A DNA stretch of 60,179 nucleotides, filler included, from Sluysia triapertura (GCA_046118255.1; 3 parts of 3 records of this genome joined end to end with filler, not necessarily neighbours in it), one strand, 5' to 3'. Counted from the whole stretch's first letter, positions 40,086 to 54,306 are shown. Notes: generated by a model not told the origin, from the letters alone. Translations and numbers: made by a program.

Positions 40086-40116
40086 TTCGTCATCTACCAA
40101 AATGTGTTTTAAATTA
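40086..40116 (-). CDS. Unrecognised gene, 31-nt exon
   Basis: ttctag|T acceptor (phase 2), GAA|gtgaga donor (phase 0); (S)NLKHILVDDE; restores the frame between neighbouring exons. Confidence 0.68.
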
Positions 40117-41649
40117 CTAGAACCCATAGGAACACCACAGGAAAAATAAATCGATTTTTCAAGTAAAAAGCATGTTTTGATATAATATTTAACCTTGGTT
40201 ACAACGGTAAATAAAAAATACATGTTTTATTTGCAATTAAAGGCTTCTATACTGCTACCTATTTTTACGCATTTAATAAGAAAAAGTTTAATTATAGAAA
40301 TTGTCAATTCAATATCAGTTCTGATCGTTAAACGTGGAAAGATAAATAGCAATTTATAAATAAATTAATAACAAATTAATTAATAATAAATCAATAACAA
40401 ATTAATAACATGATTTGTCAAACTAAAAAATTAAGCATGTTACAAGATTTTACATTCAAGATTGGAAATTATTCACGTTCTATAAAATCATACTTTTTTT
40501 AATATCTTTGCATTTATTTTCTAAAACTCAAAATTTCGGCATAAATTAAACCTTGTGTTAAAGTTATATTAATGTTATAGTTTGGTTTTTATGAAGTGAA
40601 CAATCTCCAATTCGGTTCTCTAAATCTTTATATTCCACTCCAATATAATTGAAAAGGTATTTATGAATGGACAGAAAACCATTTATACTTACATTTAACA
40701 AAACGTTCTATTTATTATGTTGTATAAAACTGTTTTCTAATAAACATAATCAAGTAACCTAATTCAATTAAATATAGCTAATTAAGTCAAAAAAATCGAT
40801 ATAATTATTCAATGAGTTAAAAATAATTTGTATATATAGCAAACAGTAATGAAAATATATTTAAAATAAATTCACTTTAATACAGAACTAAAATATCCAG
40901 TTATTAATATGCTTAATCTTGAGTCAGTTTGTAGTTTTTCTTTCTACATTAGTTCCACCTATTTGCAGGGTATTTCATTTAATTTAACAAATTTGTTAAT
41001 CTTACTACTATATTTTAAAACAAATTCTAATACCATGAGTCTATGAGACACACAAAAATGTAACTGTAAAATAATTAAATTTAGTTTCAATACATTTATT
41101 TTAGCATTATCTTAATTATCTTCATTATTTATGGAAAAAGTAGTAACAAAAAAGAATGTGACGCAAAGACACATTGATATAAAATTATAGTTAAAATACA
41201 GTGATGACACAATAACAATTCACGAACCCTTGGTATTCTAAACGAATTTTAATATTTCGGCTTAAAAGAAAACACAAGGTGCGTTTAATAAGTACCTAGG
41301 TAATGTAAATATAGTAATGTAATTTTTATAACAGGGTCATTTTTCTAATTTATTTACGTAATAATTGATAAATGCTTCTTGTTTTACACCAAGAAAACAA
41401 TAATACAAGAGCCTATACTGACTGGATAAGTCAGTTACAGAAAAGTCATAAATGTATTCCTGGACTTAGTTGAATACAGAGAAATAAACGAATACAGTTG
41501 AATAAACGAAAATAACCCTGTCATAATCAAAATAGTGTTGCATTGACTTCAAAGACATTTATAGATAATAAAATAATAAAGAATAAAACAACAACTATAA
41601 TTACAAATTAGCTAAATAGAGTTAAAAGAGTAAATATTTCTAGCCCAAC

Positions 41650-41738
41650 CTGCTTCCAAAACAATAAGATCTTGAACGAGTAATGTCAATAGGTTGTCTA
41701 GAGCGCATACCAGAATCTTCATTACTATTCTGGTAGGT
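41650..41738 (-). CDS. Unrecognised gene, internal exon
   Basis: TYQNSNEDSGMRSRQPIDITRSRSYCFGS; AG|gttggg donor (phase 2); acceptor ataag (41739) or in-frame accag (41730). Confidence 0.68.
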
Positions 41739-42837
41739 CTTATATAGTTTTAATGAAACAATTTATAGATTCATAAATTATGTCACAACTGAATATAAAA
41801 ATGTGATTTATAAATATTTTATTCTTCAGATATATCTGTATATTTTTATTTTCACGAAAATAATCATTTAAGAAAGATATATCCGAGGTAGAATTCAGTT
41901 CCATTCAATTTATTTTTACTATTATACGTATAGAAGTCGACAGGTGACTCACAAAAGTATGCTTATGTTGATACCTTAAGATTACAAACAGTACGTTCTT
42001 CCATGATTTTTTGAATGAATATTAAAATTACCATGAATAATAATAATGACAATGTTGCTAATTTTGTACAAATAATTTTAGGCTATCAATAATATTCTGA
42101 AGAAATGTTCAGTACCCATTTCAGTGACTGTCACTTAAGAGCTGAACGACTATTTATAACTGTTATTTATAAATCAATTGTTTCATTTCCAAATGAGCAG
42201 TTTTTTTGCATATCTTCCCATTTTTGCTCGCTATACACTCTAGTTAGGTCTGTTTGGCAACCCGCTCATGTGTTAATTATAAAAGTCATTAACGATCATT
42301 TTTTGTGTCACAAATTTAATTAACATATAAGAGAGTTCGAAATGAAAAAATCTAAAGAATTTCGTACAATTCAAAAAAATATTTAAATATGCAGTAATTA
42401 GTCGTTTTGACAGATTTCCATCATTTTAATGGAATTGATAATATTTGAAAAAAGATACATATAATTAAATTTAATATGTAAAATTAAAATATTCTAAATT
42501 AATTAAATTAAAATATACAATAATAACAAGTTACAAACATTAAATAAAAGTCAGAGTTTCAAAAGAGAATCATTAATACTTATTTTAATCATTATTATTA
42601 TGTAATTTATTTCTAAATCACGATAATTAGTACAATAAACACAAATTGATGTATGATTCTCCAAAATGATCACTTCTGTTTTAAAATATTCAAAACGCAC
42701 AACATATAATAAATAATAACATAATTATTATTACATAAAATAACGCTAAAAAATTGAAAAGTAAGCCGAACCACATATTATAAGCAGGAATTAACAATAA
42801 TGACATAAAATAACAACGAATATGTATTTTACATTAC

Positions 42838-42918
42838 CTGTACACAAGGCCTTTGGGCTTTCATTTTGTCACTGATAAATGACATAACATTAGAGCGAGC
42901 AATGTTATGTTGAGCAGT
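42838..42918 (-). CDS. Unrecognised gene, internal exon
   Basis: tcttgctag|ACT acceptor, CAG|gtaatg donor, 27 codons TAQHNIARSNVMSFISDKMKAQRPCVQ. Confidence 0.75.
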
Positions 42919-43199
42919 CTAGCAAGATAATGGACGGGTGAAGTTATAAGTAAATAACATATTATCTTATAATGTAATTAATTATTGATATTGTTATTAA
43001 CATCAATATTAATATTAATATATTACATTATGTTATATTGTTTTCGATCTATTACGTAATTTTCGCACGAATAAAGTAAACTTTGAAAAATAAAAATTTT
43101 GAATCAGTTTAAAAATTCGCCATTACTTATCATAAAATCTTTGATAAAGCAGTGAATGAATAAAATTATAAAACTATTTAACAATAAAATCAGTATATG

Positions 43200-43490
43200 C
43201 GTTAAAAAATGTAGAATATCCAGAATTCATCATTAACGAGGATCAAAGTAGGATGAGGTTTCGATACTTCATTTGAAATACTTGCCACTTTATAATCTTT
43301 TTTTAATCCAATAAAAATGTTTTTTCGCTTTGGAAAAATTTAGTTATCCGAGGTGGCGTAAAAAATGAAAATGAATTGAAAAGGTTAATTTCTGATAAAC
43401 TTGGAGAAATAACTCCAGAACATTGTAGTGCTTTTTATGGGAAAATGTTTTCATATTTAAATAAAGCTATAAACAGAGAAATAATCCTAT
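43200..43490 (+). mobile_element. IS630/Tc1-like transposase C-terminal remnant
   Basis: RIHH...LKYLPLYNLFFNPI / VFSLWKNLVIRGGVKNENELKRLISDKLGEITPEHCSAFYGKMFSYL resembles LPPYSPxLNPIExxFSxWK. Confidence 0.7.
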
Positions 43491-43638
43491 ATTTTTATTT
43501 TGGATTTTCATTTTTAAAATTTTTTTAAACTAATTCAATATTTTTATTTTTTACATATTTATATTACTTAATTGATTGCAATGTTTGCGTTATTCATGCA
43601 AAAATTACGCAATAGATCGAAAAACTGAATGTATTTCA

Positions 43639-43708
<70 letters not shown>
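43639..43708. repeat. (TAT)n microsatellite at a contig end
   Basis: Direct reading. Confidence 0.95.
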
Positions 43709-43808
43709 NNNNNNNNNNNNNNNNNNNNNNNNNNNNNNNNNNNNNNNNNNNNTTAATTAATTAANNNNNNNNNNNNNNNNNNNNNNNNNNNNNNNNNNNN
43801 NNNNNNNN
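43709..43808. other. Artificial 100-bp contig linker
   Basis: 44 N + TTAATTAATTAA + 44 N, identical to 21834-21933. Confidence 0.95.
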
Positions 43809-44186
43809 AAGTATTAAAGAAATTAAAATGTACAGAAATTAAATTTTGCTTGCTAAATAATAATCAATACTTTTGTACTTATATTCACTTAAAAATAATA
43901 ATAATAATAATAACATAATAATTATAATAATAATAATAGTAATAATATGTCATAATATCATAATATTTAATAATTATAGTTTTAATAATATTTATTATTT
44001 CGTAGAATGAGAATAATAATATTTATGAACTTTTAAAAAATTCTTTACTATTATGTATTATTTATGGAATTTTATTGGAGAATTTTTATATTGTTATTAT
44101 TTATATTGAAATTTAGAACATAATAATTTTCGTGAGCCATAATTAAAATTGTATAAAAGGAGATATTGGCTAAGCAAAAATTAATA

Positions 44187-44390
44187 AACATTCTTGAATC
44201 AACATTTTTGAATCAACAGTTTTGAATTAACATTTTTGAATTTGTGGATCAACATTCGTGAATTGACACTTTGAATAAACATTTGTGAATTAACATTCGT
44301 GAATTAACATTTTTGAATTAACGCTTGTGGATTAACATTTGTGAATTAACATTCGTGAATTAACATTTGTGAATTATTATTTGTGGATCA
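44187..44390. repeat. 14-bp minisatellite, consensus AACATTTGTGAATT, about 14 degenerate units
   Basis: Direct reading. Confidence 0.85.
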
Positions 44391-47300
44391 AGGTTACAGC
44401 AAACCATTCGTGAACTAATCGAGAAATTAATTGTAAATCATCGTCAGGTTGCTTTCGAACTATACAACAAAACTCTAACACTATCCAAATTATTCGTGAG
44501 TAAATTTTGTTATTTTCATTTCTACGAATTTTTATTAAACTTAACAATTTAATTAATTATTAATAAATAATTTTTATTTAGTGTGTTTCTTTTGATTTCA
44601 TATAAATTAAATTCAAACCTAAAATATTTAAAATAAGTAATTTATGAATTATTCAGACTAAAATCTCTTTTTAGTGACACCACACAGGGAAATAAAACTA
44701 TTATACATTAAGCACTTTCATCCTAAACAATTGAGGACGAGTATTGTAATTCACGACTTCAGTTAAATTTAATATAAAGTGATAATATTTACATACAGTT
44801 TAAAGTAACTACGAGTTTTATAAAGAGACTTGAATTGATAACATATAGTGAGGATTGTAATAATATAAAATAATATTTGAATATTTTAAGTTCTCAAGAA
44901 GAAAGATAAGTAAAATCTAAGCTCTTAAAGAAAGCGTAAAGTAATCGAATTAAGAAACAGTGAGGAAACGAATATTTAAGAAAGAAATTCTATTACATTT
45001 TACAAAGCTATTTATTACAATATTATAATTATAATAAAAGTTTATAAAATATTATAAAATTATTATAAAATATCCATAAAATATTATAAAATTAAAATTA
45101 AAAAATTGAAATATGAAATTATAAAATTAATGAAAAAATAAATTAATGGAAATTTATTAATAAAATAATGGATTTTGCCTTTCAATGTTCATTAGGACTA
45201 ACTAATGGATTTGTAGAAGAAATTAATGGATATTTTTAAAAAAAAGTAGCATAATTAAAATTAATGAATATTAATGGATATTAATACAATTGATAAATTG
45301 ATAAATTATACAGTCCTTCATTGAAGATTCTAAGATTACTGAGTTTAAAAGATTGACAAATTAAATACTTTGGTTTATTTATGGTCTAAGTTGAATATTA
45401 ATTTATACAGAAATCTCGTGGTTTAAACTGAATATTAATTCTTGTGAATATATCGTATATTGAAGATATTATAGATTTTAATATTAGTATTCGAGATAAA
45501 CTAAACTGATTTTTAATATTTTGATTTTCAATAAGTAGTAAGTTTCTAGTATAGTTGAACTCTATTTTTATAAGAGCCATAAATTCCTACTCAAAATCTC
45601 ATTAAAAGTTGGCTTTCGAGCTAATTATAAAATCCACCATACAATATTTAAATTTTGAATAAAGTCAAAAAGCTTTATTTATTAATCTATTATTGATATT
45701 ATAATTATTGCTTTTAATAAAGTGTAGTATTTATTTATTTTTACCCGCACTGTTGAATATACTTTTTATTAAAATTTAGTGCATACATTACAGAATTTAA
45801 TATCTTGTATAATAACGATGCATTAATAGTTAACGTATATTTTTAGCAACTTATTGAGTGATTATTGATAATTTTTTGTAAAAATAAAATTTTGATTATT
45901 ATATATATTTAATGATTTGTTTATTTCGTTTTATTGTAAAGTTAATTATTAATTACTGATTATTAATTATTGATTATTTAACAGTTAGTAATGACCCTTA
46001 AAAGAAAGTTTCACGAAAGAATCGTACGAGTAAGATAAATTTGATTGATTTACTATATCGATTTTAACTGTTCACATATCTTGTAGATACGCCTTCAGAT
46101 GCAATCCTTCTGCTACACCACAAGCGAATCTAATATCATTAATTTATTTTGCATAAGTTTTGTAAGAAAAAACCACAGCAAAAAGATTACAAAAACTAGC
46201 ATGGGGAAGTTGAAGACTATGTACATCAAAGACAATGATTTACCAACAATTTTTGGAAGTAATGAAACTGCTGGAGAAAATGATTTACGTTTAGAAGTAC
46301 ATAAGATTTTTAATCAACAAGTAAATAAAGAATCTCAAAAGTTATTTCATTCCAAAGAAACATCTTCATTATCACTAGCGGTTTACATCAAACTAAGAAA
46401 TTATCTCGCCTATATCCAATCACATCAATGTAAACAAGAAAGTCAAATTTTAATTGAACTTATTTCATTGCCATCATCTAATCAATGAAATCCAACAGTT
46501 GTAAATTTAAACCTAATTTTTTTAAGTACAGAATTATTCAAGGACTGAATCACTCTTTACATATTGTAAACATTTTTTAGTCTGAATTTGTGATTCAGAA
46601 AAATTGGAATATTGATTAGATTCGAATATTTGTACAAATAATTACGTGACTCTGATCCAGAAGGTTACATAAAATGTAATGCTAAAGCAAGATTTGTTTA
46701 ATTTAAGAAATAAATTTAGGTTTTGTGAGGAACTTGCTGATCAAGTTAACGACGTTAATGTGCATGTATCGCGTATAAAATTCTCCATTTATTTATTATG
46801 TTAATCAGTTTTGATTCCACAAATTTCCGTTGTAATAATTGTGCATTACTAAAATTCATGTTTTAAGACTTTTTTTGTATTTTATTGTTTCTATATTTGT
46901 TATTCCTGATAATTAATAGATTGTAGTAATTTTCTTACCTAGTTTTATTATGTCACATGAAAGTCAAACTATAAATGATTCAATCCTTTTGTACAAAAAA
47001 TAAATTGTAAATATGAACATTACTTCTTCCAATCATAGATCTTTAAATAAATATTATATCGGGTTGTTTAAAATTAAAAATGTAAATAATTTCATTTTTT
47101 GTCAAAAAAGAGTTTATGATTAGAATGTCTTATTGTTCAACTTTTCAATATTTAATAATATTTCAACGATTTTATCCAAAACGAAATCTTTAAACAAAAT
47201 TATAAAACGATGCATACAAAAACATTTATATCTAATGATAAATTTACGATATTCTCATTCTATAATACGAAAACTAAAAATTCAAGTGTATTAGTATACA

Positions 47301-48173
47301 GTTATCAGGTGGGAAACAAAAACGTCTTATTCTCCATAGTTCAGCTTCATCAAACGCAATACCACCAACGTGTGAGGTTTCGATTCAAGATTTTGCCATG
47401 AAGGTTTTATCTACAATTTATTAATTCATCAAAGTTGTATTTTACCATGGTCACGTCGCATTTCCTCGTTCATTTTTCATCTCAGTTATGTCTTACCATA
47501 CGACTTCAAGTTCTTATAGCACTACATACTTTATCAGTATGAAAGGAAAAGTAAGACGATATAATTACATTCTTGATTTTATGAATCTTTTTCCGATGCT
47601 ATTATATTATTTGTGTTTTATTTTCTTTTTGTCCTCTCGGTGTTATTTAGTAAAAGTTATTTAATAAAAGGGTTCCAACATCGAATCAAATATGTAAATT
47701 GTTTCTACGTAATCATTTTTATAATTTAATAAATAAAAATTTAGTTAATCATTTTATGAATAACCACTCGATCCTAAATGAATATCTCACAATTACTTTG
47801 ATAACATGTGAACCTTTCATAAGATTCCTCAACATAACACTAAAATCAATATCAAAAATAAATTTTCCATAAAGTATAAAACCTTATCACCAAATATCGA
47901 AATTAAGTATTTTCAAAAAAGTTTTAAAAAATTGTCAGACATAGTGTTGAATATGTATAATTTGTGGCCTTGTAAAGTCAAACGAATTTATTTAAACTTC
48001 AGTTATTATTATTATTTCAAATTTAAAAATTAAATCATTATAATTATCATTTTTATTTATATAATTTAATTCGATATCATTTATTTTGATATTTGACATA
48101 ATTAATTTTAGATATACAATAGATTTATAATTATTTTTAGATTATCGATTAGATTATTGATTTACACGTCTAC

Positions 48174-48308
48174 ATAAAACTGATTATAACCATTAACGGT
48201 TCGGCATTGTAATTGTAAATTTAATGTCCGAGCTCTAGTGCTTTCTTCATAATTATCTTCTGAAACACCCTTTGATTGTGCCGTAAATCTTTGAGTTGTT
48301 TTTTCCAT
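48174..48308 (-). CDS. Candidate first coding exon of the unrecognised gene
   Basis: Acceptor cattttttag near 48380, in-frame TAA 5 codons upstream of the ATG, MEKTTQRFTAQSKGVSEDNYEESTRARTLNLQLQCRT; donor ambiguous (phase-0 options end at 48198 or 48174); lies across an artificial join. Confidence 0.45.
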
Positions 48309-51091
48309 TATCGTGTTAAATTAAATATCGAAATAAAATTAAATTCAAAATTATTTTGAAGAATATATCAACGTCAAACCTAAAAAATGACTTTATAATA
48401 ATAATAACGCCAAATTCATGCAAATTTAATAGTAATAGTAACAAAAATAATACTATCATGAAATTTTATAATAAATAATATATTAATATAGTAAAAATAA
48501 ACTTTTTTAATAATGCTAACAACAATATTTTACAAACAAAATTAAACTTATTTAAAATATTTTGGTTCATTTATTTTATAGTGGAAATAAGAATTATGAT
48601 AGGAATAAAATTAATTTTTGAATAATTCTTTTAAGATAGATATTAGTACTGTTAAAATGATGAGAAATATGGCTTTTAATATTGTAAGCGTTTAATTTAT
48701 TTCTGAGTACGGATATATGAAATTCTAACTATTAAGATTTACACTTCCAATTCATAGACAAATGCGGAATAAATTTACAACTATAAAAATAATTATAAAC
48801 TGATTCTACTGATTAAACATATAGGAAATAAAAAGTGCCGACTGTATTTTTAAGTTAAACTTTTTTAATATTTAAAATAATTAGAGTAACATTTAGTACA
48901 ACGCTAAATTGAAGCGAAAATCCATTCAAAATGATAATAGTAAATAATAAAAGTGTTGTAAATTATTTCGGTAATTTAAAATAACTTTTTATTACATCAA
49001 TTAAAAAATGTTTACCTATTTTTATATGAATGTTAAAATTTAAAGTCGATGTTGTTAAATTGTGAATTAATAATCACAATAATAATAAATAATTAATAAT
49101 AATTATAATAAATAATTATAAATTTGGGTTTTATTATTACGAAATGAATTTTTAGAAATGTAAATATTTATTTATTTTAACAAAATGTATATTTATCAAG
49201 TTTACATTTAAATTTATATTTAAATTTTGTTTAAATTTAAAATTATAATACAAAAATTAAGTTTTTAAATCAATTCTTTCATAATTAAAAAGTTTGCAGA
49301 AACTTAAAAAAGTTTTCAGATATTTTAAAGATATTTAAATATAAAGTTTATTCAAGCGAAGATATCACGGTTTTTAAAAGAAAAGATTTATTCAAGAAAT
49401 TGGAGTCAATATCACATAATTTACAAGAGATTTTTCTTTTGGACCTTTAGTTGTATCGTTAGTTTTATTCTATAAAAGATTTGCCGTATTTAAAATTGCG
49501 GTAATAAAATACAGATAAAATCTTTTCGGTAATTTTTGAATAGCTATCATTTAATTAAGATAGTTCAGTAAAATCATCTATTTAAAATATAAAAAAGAAA
49601 AACATTATTATAAAAAAGAATAATCTAATTAAACTATTTATCATTTTATTTTATAAAGTTTTATTATCATTTTTATCAAGTTGTATAGTTTCTGTTTATA
49701 ATATACCTTCGTAGTTTGAAGTATTTTTAATTCATCAAAAATGAATATACTTTCTTTTAAGGTTTTCTGTAAGAAAAAACCTCAATAAATTTTCGATAGT
49801 AATTATAAACCTAGTAAATTAACTTGTGCAAATAATAATGTTTAAAAGGAAGAACAAAAAACATTAAATTGCATTTAAGAAGAAAACATTAAGCTTGAAT
49901 ACATCTATTTACGTCTAGAAACTTAATATCATGCATATTTAATCATTTGTTTAAAAAATAAACGTAAATATACGTCAAAAAACTTATTATTGAACTCTAA
50001 CGAATTTAAATATTAAGTTTCTTTAAAAAATCCAATGGTCTAGCCATAACCTGTAAGTCTCGATATTTTGGTGAACTCACTTACATCCTTTTATTATGTA
50101 AGGATACATAATCATCTTAATTTAATCTTTTCAACATGAGTATGAACTATAAGATATTTGTAAAATTCCATATTTTATGAGATGTGACTTTTATGGATCT
50201 GCTCTATCTTTAATGTTATTAGTAACAATGAATTAATATCAGATCAATTTACTTAATAGAATCTCAATAAATTCAATAATCGCTAAATGAGACACAAATT
50301 ATCACAATTTTTCTTATCTTAACAATGATACTTATTCAACCAAAATATTACGCATTTTCTATTCAAATTAATAACAATAATCAAAATCAAATACAAATGG
50401 TTATTGTAGGTTTTTGTTTTAACAATACATCTGTGAATTAAATGAAAATGACTAAATCTCAAAATTAACAATAATGTTTATAACAATATTAAAGACATAA
50501 TAATCTATCCAAAGAAACCAGAGGTGACTCAACAATAAGAAAAATTTTAACTATTATTCACGCTTATTCCTTAATAATAACCCATTATAAATTTTCCAAA
50601 GTAACAAAAAAACAAAAACTATTTTAATACAATCCCCCCAAAAATAATATTATTTGTAGTTATGAAATAAATTATTTTTGAAATAAATAAATTATTCTCA
50701 TATGCAATACTAATTGTTGTTTTTTTGTAAAATTTTTTAGGTATTCATTTTTATATTTTTTCATCATCAAATCATTCCAAAATTTTTGATTAAACATTCT
50801 CTCATATAAATCTGACAATAATAACTTTGATAGTTACATGGATTATTTACATCATTCCATAATTAATTAAGAATTAATTAAAATTTGACTTTTCTCAATA
50901 TTAAGACTTTCCTTGAATGAATCGGTCAAACCATACCTTCATCGAAAGGTCTTTTTAAAACAAATATATACACAGTTTCCAATTTAATGCAGAATTCCGG
51001 ACTCTTTCTTAATTAAGTTAAATAGGATTTTAATTATTTGATCTGTTTTAAGATTTCTTTTAGAGTCAATCAGATATAAATTTAGAGGAAA

Positions 51092-51187
51092 GACACTTTA
51101 CTCTTTATTTCTTTTAATGAATATTAACTTATATGACATAAATAATAGAAATGCTAATAAAGATTAACCATAAAAAGAGAATATTTT
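51092..51187 (+). repeat. About 95-bp direct repeat, copy 1 (copy 2 at 52696-52784)
   Basis: GACACTTTACTCTTTATTTCTTTTAATGAATATTAACTTATA..CATAAATAATAGAAAT..AAAGATTAACCATAAAAAGAGAATATTT. Confidence 0.8.
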
Positions 51188-52695
51188 ATTTTTAAAGGTT
51201 TTATTAAGGTTCTAAAGTTATTTAGTAGTTTATACGATATTCATAAGGATCTAGATGTTTTCACCTTCACCTCTCGGATTCCTTTTTCTACTTCTTCATG
51301 TTAGTTATTACATACTAGATTTATCCTTAATACCAATAACAATGATTTTATTTCTCAAATACTTTAAAGATTTTAAATACTTTACTAAATGATCCGGAAG
51401 ATCTTACATGATTATCAACTTTTCAAGAATGCTTAAAGGTTAATGAAGTCTCAAATGATCTCAAAGTTCATAAGTTTTTCTAATTCCATCTCAAACTATC
51501 GTAAGGTCTCAAACTCTTATATAGGTCTTTAGCTGTTAACATTGTTACAGATGTTTTCACTTTCACGATTCTTATTCCAACAATGTTTACATTTTCCATT
51601 TCATGAATTTGTATCCTTCATTTTATAATTCTGCATTTTTTTTGCAACAGGCTGACTATAATAAAGGATGTAACTAAATTTTATAAATGAATAATATTGT
51701 AAATGAATAAATCTAAAGTGACTGAAAAGAAATGAATATAATATAAGAAGTTAATAAATTAAGGTTAAAATATTCATATTTAGTATTTTATTTAGTATTT
51801 AGTAGTTTATTATTCATATTTAGTAATTTATTATTTTAAATACAAACATTTAGTATTTAAAAGAATAACGAAAATCGGATGTTTTATTTAAATATTTAAT
51901 TTAAACGGAAATTGATTTATAAAATTTTAATGTAAATATCACTAAACAGGATATCTTTCAACTATAAATAAGTAAGTTTAATTAGTAATTTCAATAAACA
52001 TTTTTATAATTCTAGATTTAAATTTTTAAAAATTTCGCTCAGTTGGAGCATTTGACAAATACTTTTGACAGAAAATTTACAATAATAAACTTAATTGGGA
52101 TAAACGAAGATTTTTAGTTTAAGATCATGTTAGATTTATTTGAATGTTATATACCTTTACGTTAAAATTTTACTATATAATTTTATTATATTTTTAAAGA
52201 ACCATTTTAAATATGTCCGTAAATTAAACTTTTCAAAATTACATTTTTCATTTGAGGTCTAAATAACCTTAATATTGTAAAATCTTTATTTTGTTTTATT
52301 ATCATTCCCATTTTTATTTTAATATTAGTATAATAAATTATTTCATAGTGGTTATTTGTTAGTAATTTAAGTATCTGTAAAATACGTAAAATCTCTTATA
52401 GCAAAGTTTTTCAAAAAGGCTATTTTAAAGAAACCTATAAAATATCTTGTTGCAGTCATATTTAAAATAAGGACTTAGATTTAAGATTACAACTGTAAGT
52501 AGATTAAGTAATGTAAAATAAAAATAATTCAACGATCTTAAAAATCAAATCCTATGGTCAAGTCCTTAAGTGAGTAAGTCTTGTACTGTAAGCGAATTCT
52601 TCTTATTTTAAAATAAAATTTATGTTAGGTAGGATTTTATAGCAAAACCACAGCATGTAATAATGATGATCAATAAGGTAGAAATTTAGTTGAAG

Positions 52696-52784
52696 GACAC
52701 TTTATTCTTTATTTCTTTTAATGAATTTTAACTTATAAAACATAAATAATAGAAATAAAGATTAACGATAAAAAGAGAATATTT
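52696..52784 (+). repeat. About 90-bp direct repeat, copy 2
   Basis: Near-identical to 51092-51187 with one small deletion. Confidence 0.8.
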
Positions 52785-53774
52785 ATAATTCATTTATTAA
52801 TTTAAATATGTATTAAAAATTGGGAGAAATAATTCTGTAATTTTTTTTCAATTTTTCCAAAATGGTGAAATCCTTGAAGAAATTGGAGAAAATATCTTAT
52901 TGGTAGATTCTGAAACTCCTCAGAAGGTAAGATTTCTTTTAGAGTCGAAAGAAAAAATGAATAGAAGCAACATTTTCAGGCTATAAATAAAGAAAGTAAA
53001 AAAATAGGAATAATGGCTCTTCTAAAAAAGCAATACTAAAAATTAAATAAAACTGAAGATTTTTTGGTCGTATTCATAAATTTTCTAATTTTGGTTCTAA
53101 ACAATTTAGACAAATTTGAGAAAATTATTTGTGCTCTTTTATTATTGAATAAAATATAATGAAAGTTTGATGATTTTTATCTATTGATAAATTGTCAATA
53201 AATAAATTTATATCAGATATTAATTTTAAAATTTAATCACAAGGCTAATAATTGATTAATCAAGTCGAAGATATTTTTTTCATGATTTTTAACTGTACAA
53301 TGTTCACAATTTTAATGATTTTGCTTATTTAAATAGTTGAATAAAATTATTATATTTTTTAATAGTATTTTTTGAATTTTGAGTCAAATTTCATAAACTA
53401 ATGTGCTACTTTTAAAATCTTATTTGCAATTTATTTATTTTATGATCTACATAAATCATTGATAGCAAAATCTTGACATATTGAAGAAATTAAGAATAAT
53501 TATTGAATTTAAAGTAGAAAATTTATTTGGATTTTGCATTTTTTCGCAATTAAATATATTCACGAAAAGTGAGAGTTGATGTAAAACATGAATTACATTA
53601 TTAAGAATTTAGATTAAATAATGATATTATCGTGATTTAGGTAATGAAGTCAGTAAGTATTACTTTATTTCATTGATCAATATTTCTAATCAATACTTTC
53701 AAAGTTATCTAAATACATGCCCATGTTACTGATCAAACAATACGATCAAAAATAACGCTAATTTTATATTTAAA

Positions 53775-53784
53775 TAATAATAAT

Positions 53785-53825
<41 letters not shown>
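53775..53825. repeat. (AAT)n microsatellite
   Basis: Direct reading. Confidence 0.9.
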
Positions 53826-53826
<1 letters not shown>

Positions 53827-54306
53827 GTGGCAGTACAAATAATACTAATAATAGTAATAATAACAATAATAATGTATTAGATTGAGAGAAAGTTCTTTCA
53901 CTGTTGAAATAATGATTTTTATGAGAACCGTTATTTATAAATTGTTTAAGACCCGTGAATCATTTGTGTCATTCGTGGTGCCACCATACTTTCACATTCA
54001 ACGTCGAAAATTACTGTTGCATCCAAATGTATAAATGATTTATGAACCAACTTAATAATTATCAAAAACGCAAACAAAAAATATTGAACATAACAGAAAC
54101 TTAATGAATACACGCATACACACCACAAAAATATATATAAAATGCACAGGAACTTTTTCTCAAACTAATTATAGTATATAATAATAGAGGGTGATGCTTA
54201 AATTTGAAATGATATTTGCCTACAAAAACTTTAGATTTTGACAATATTAGTTTATTAAAGGGTTTTTCATTTAATTTAATCCGGATTTTTAGACTATAAG
54301 TTATAA

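Noticed and set aside
44187-44390. Regular repeats as a CRISPR array
   Set aside because: Head-to-tail 14-bp units with no unique spacers and no cas genes, in a eukaryotic context; a minisatellite.
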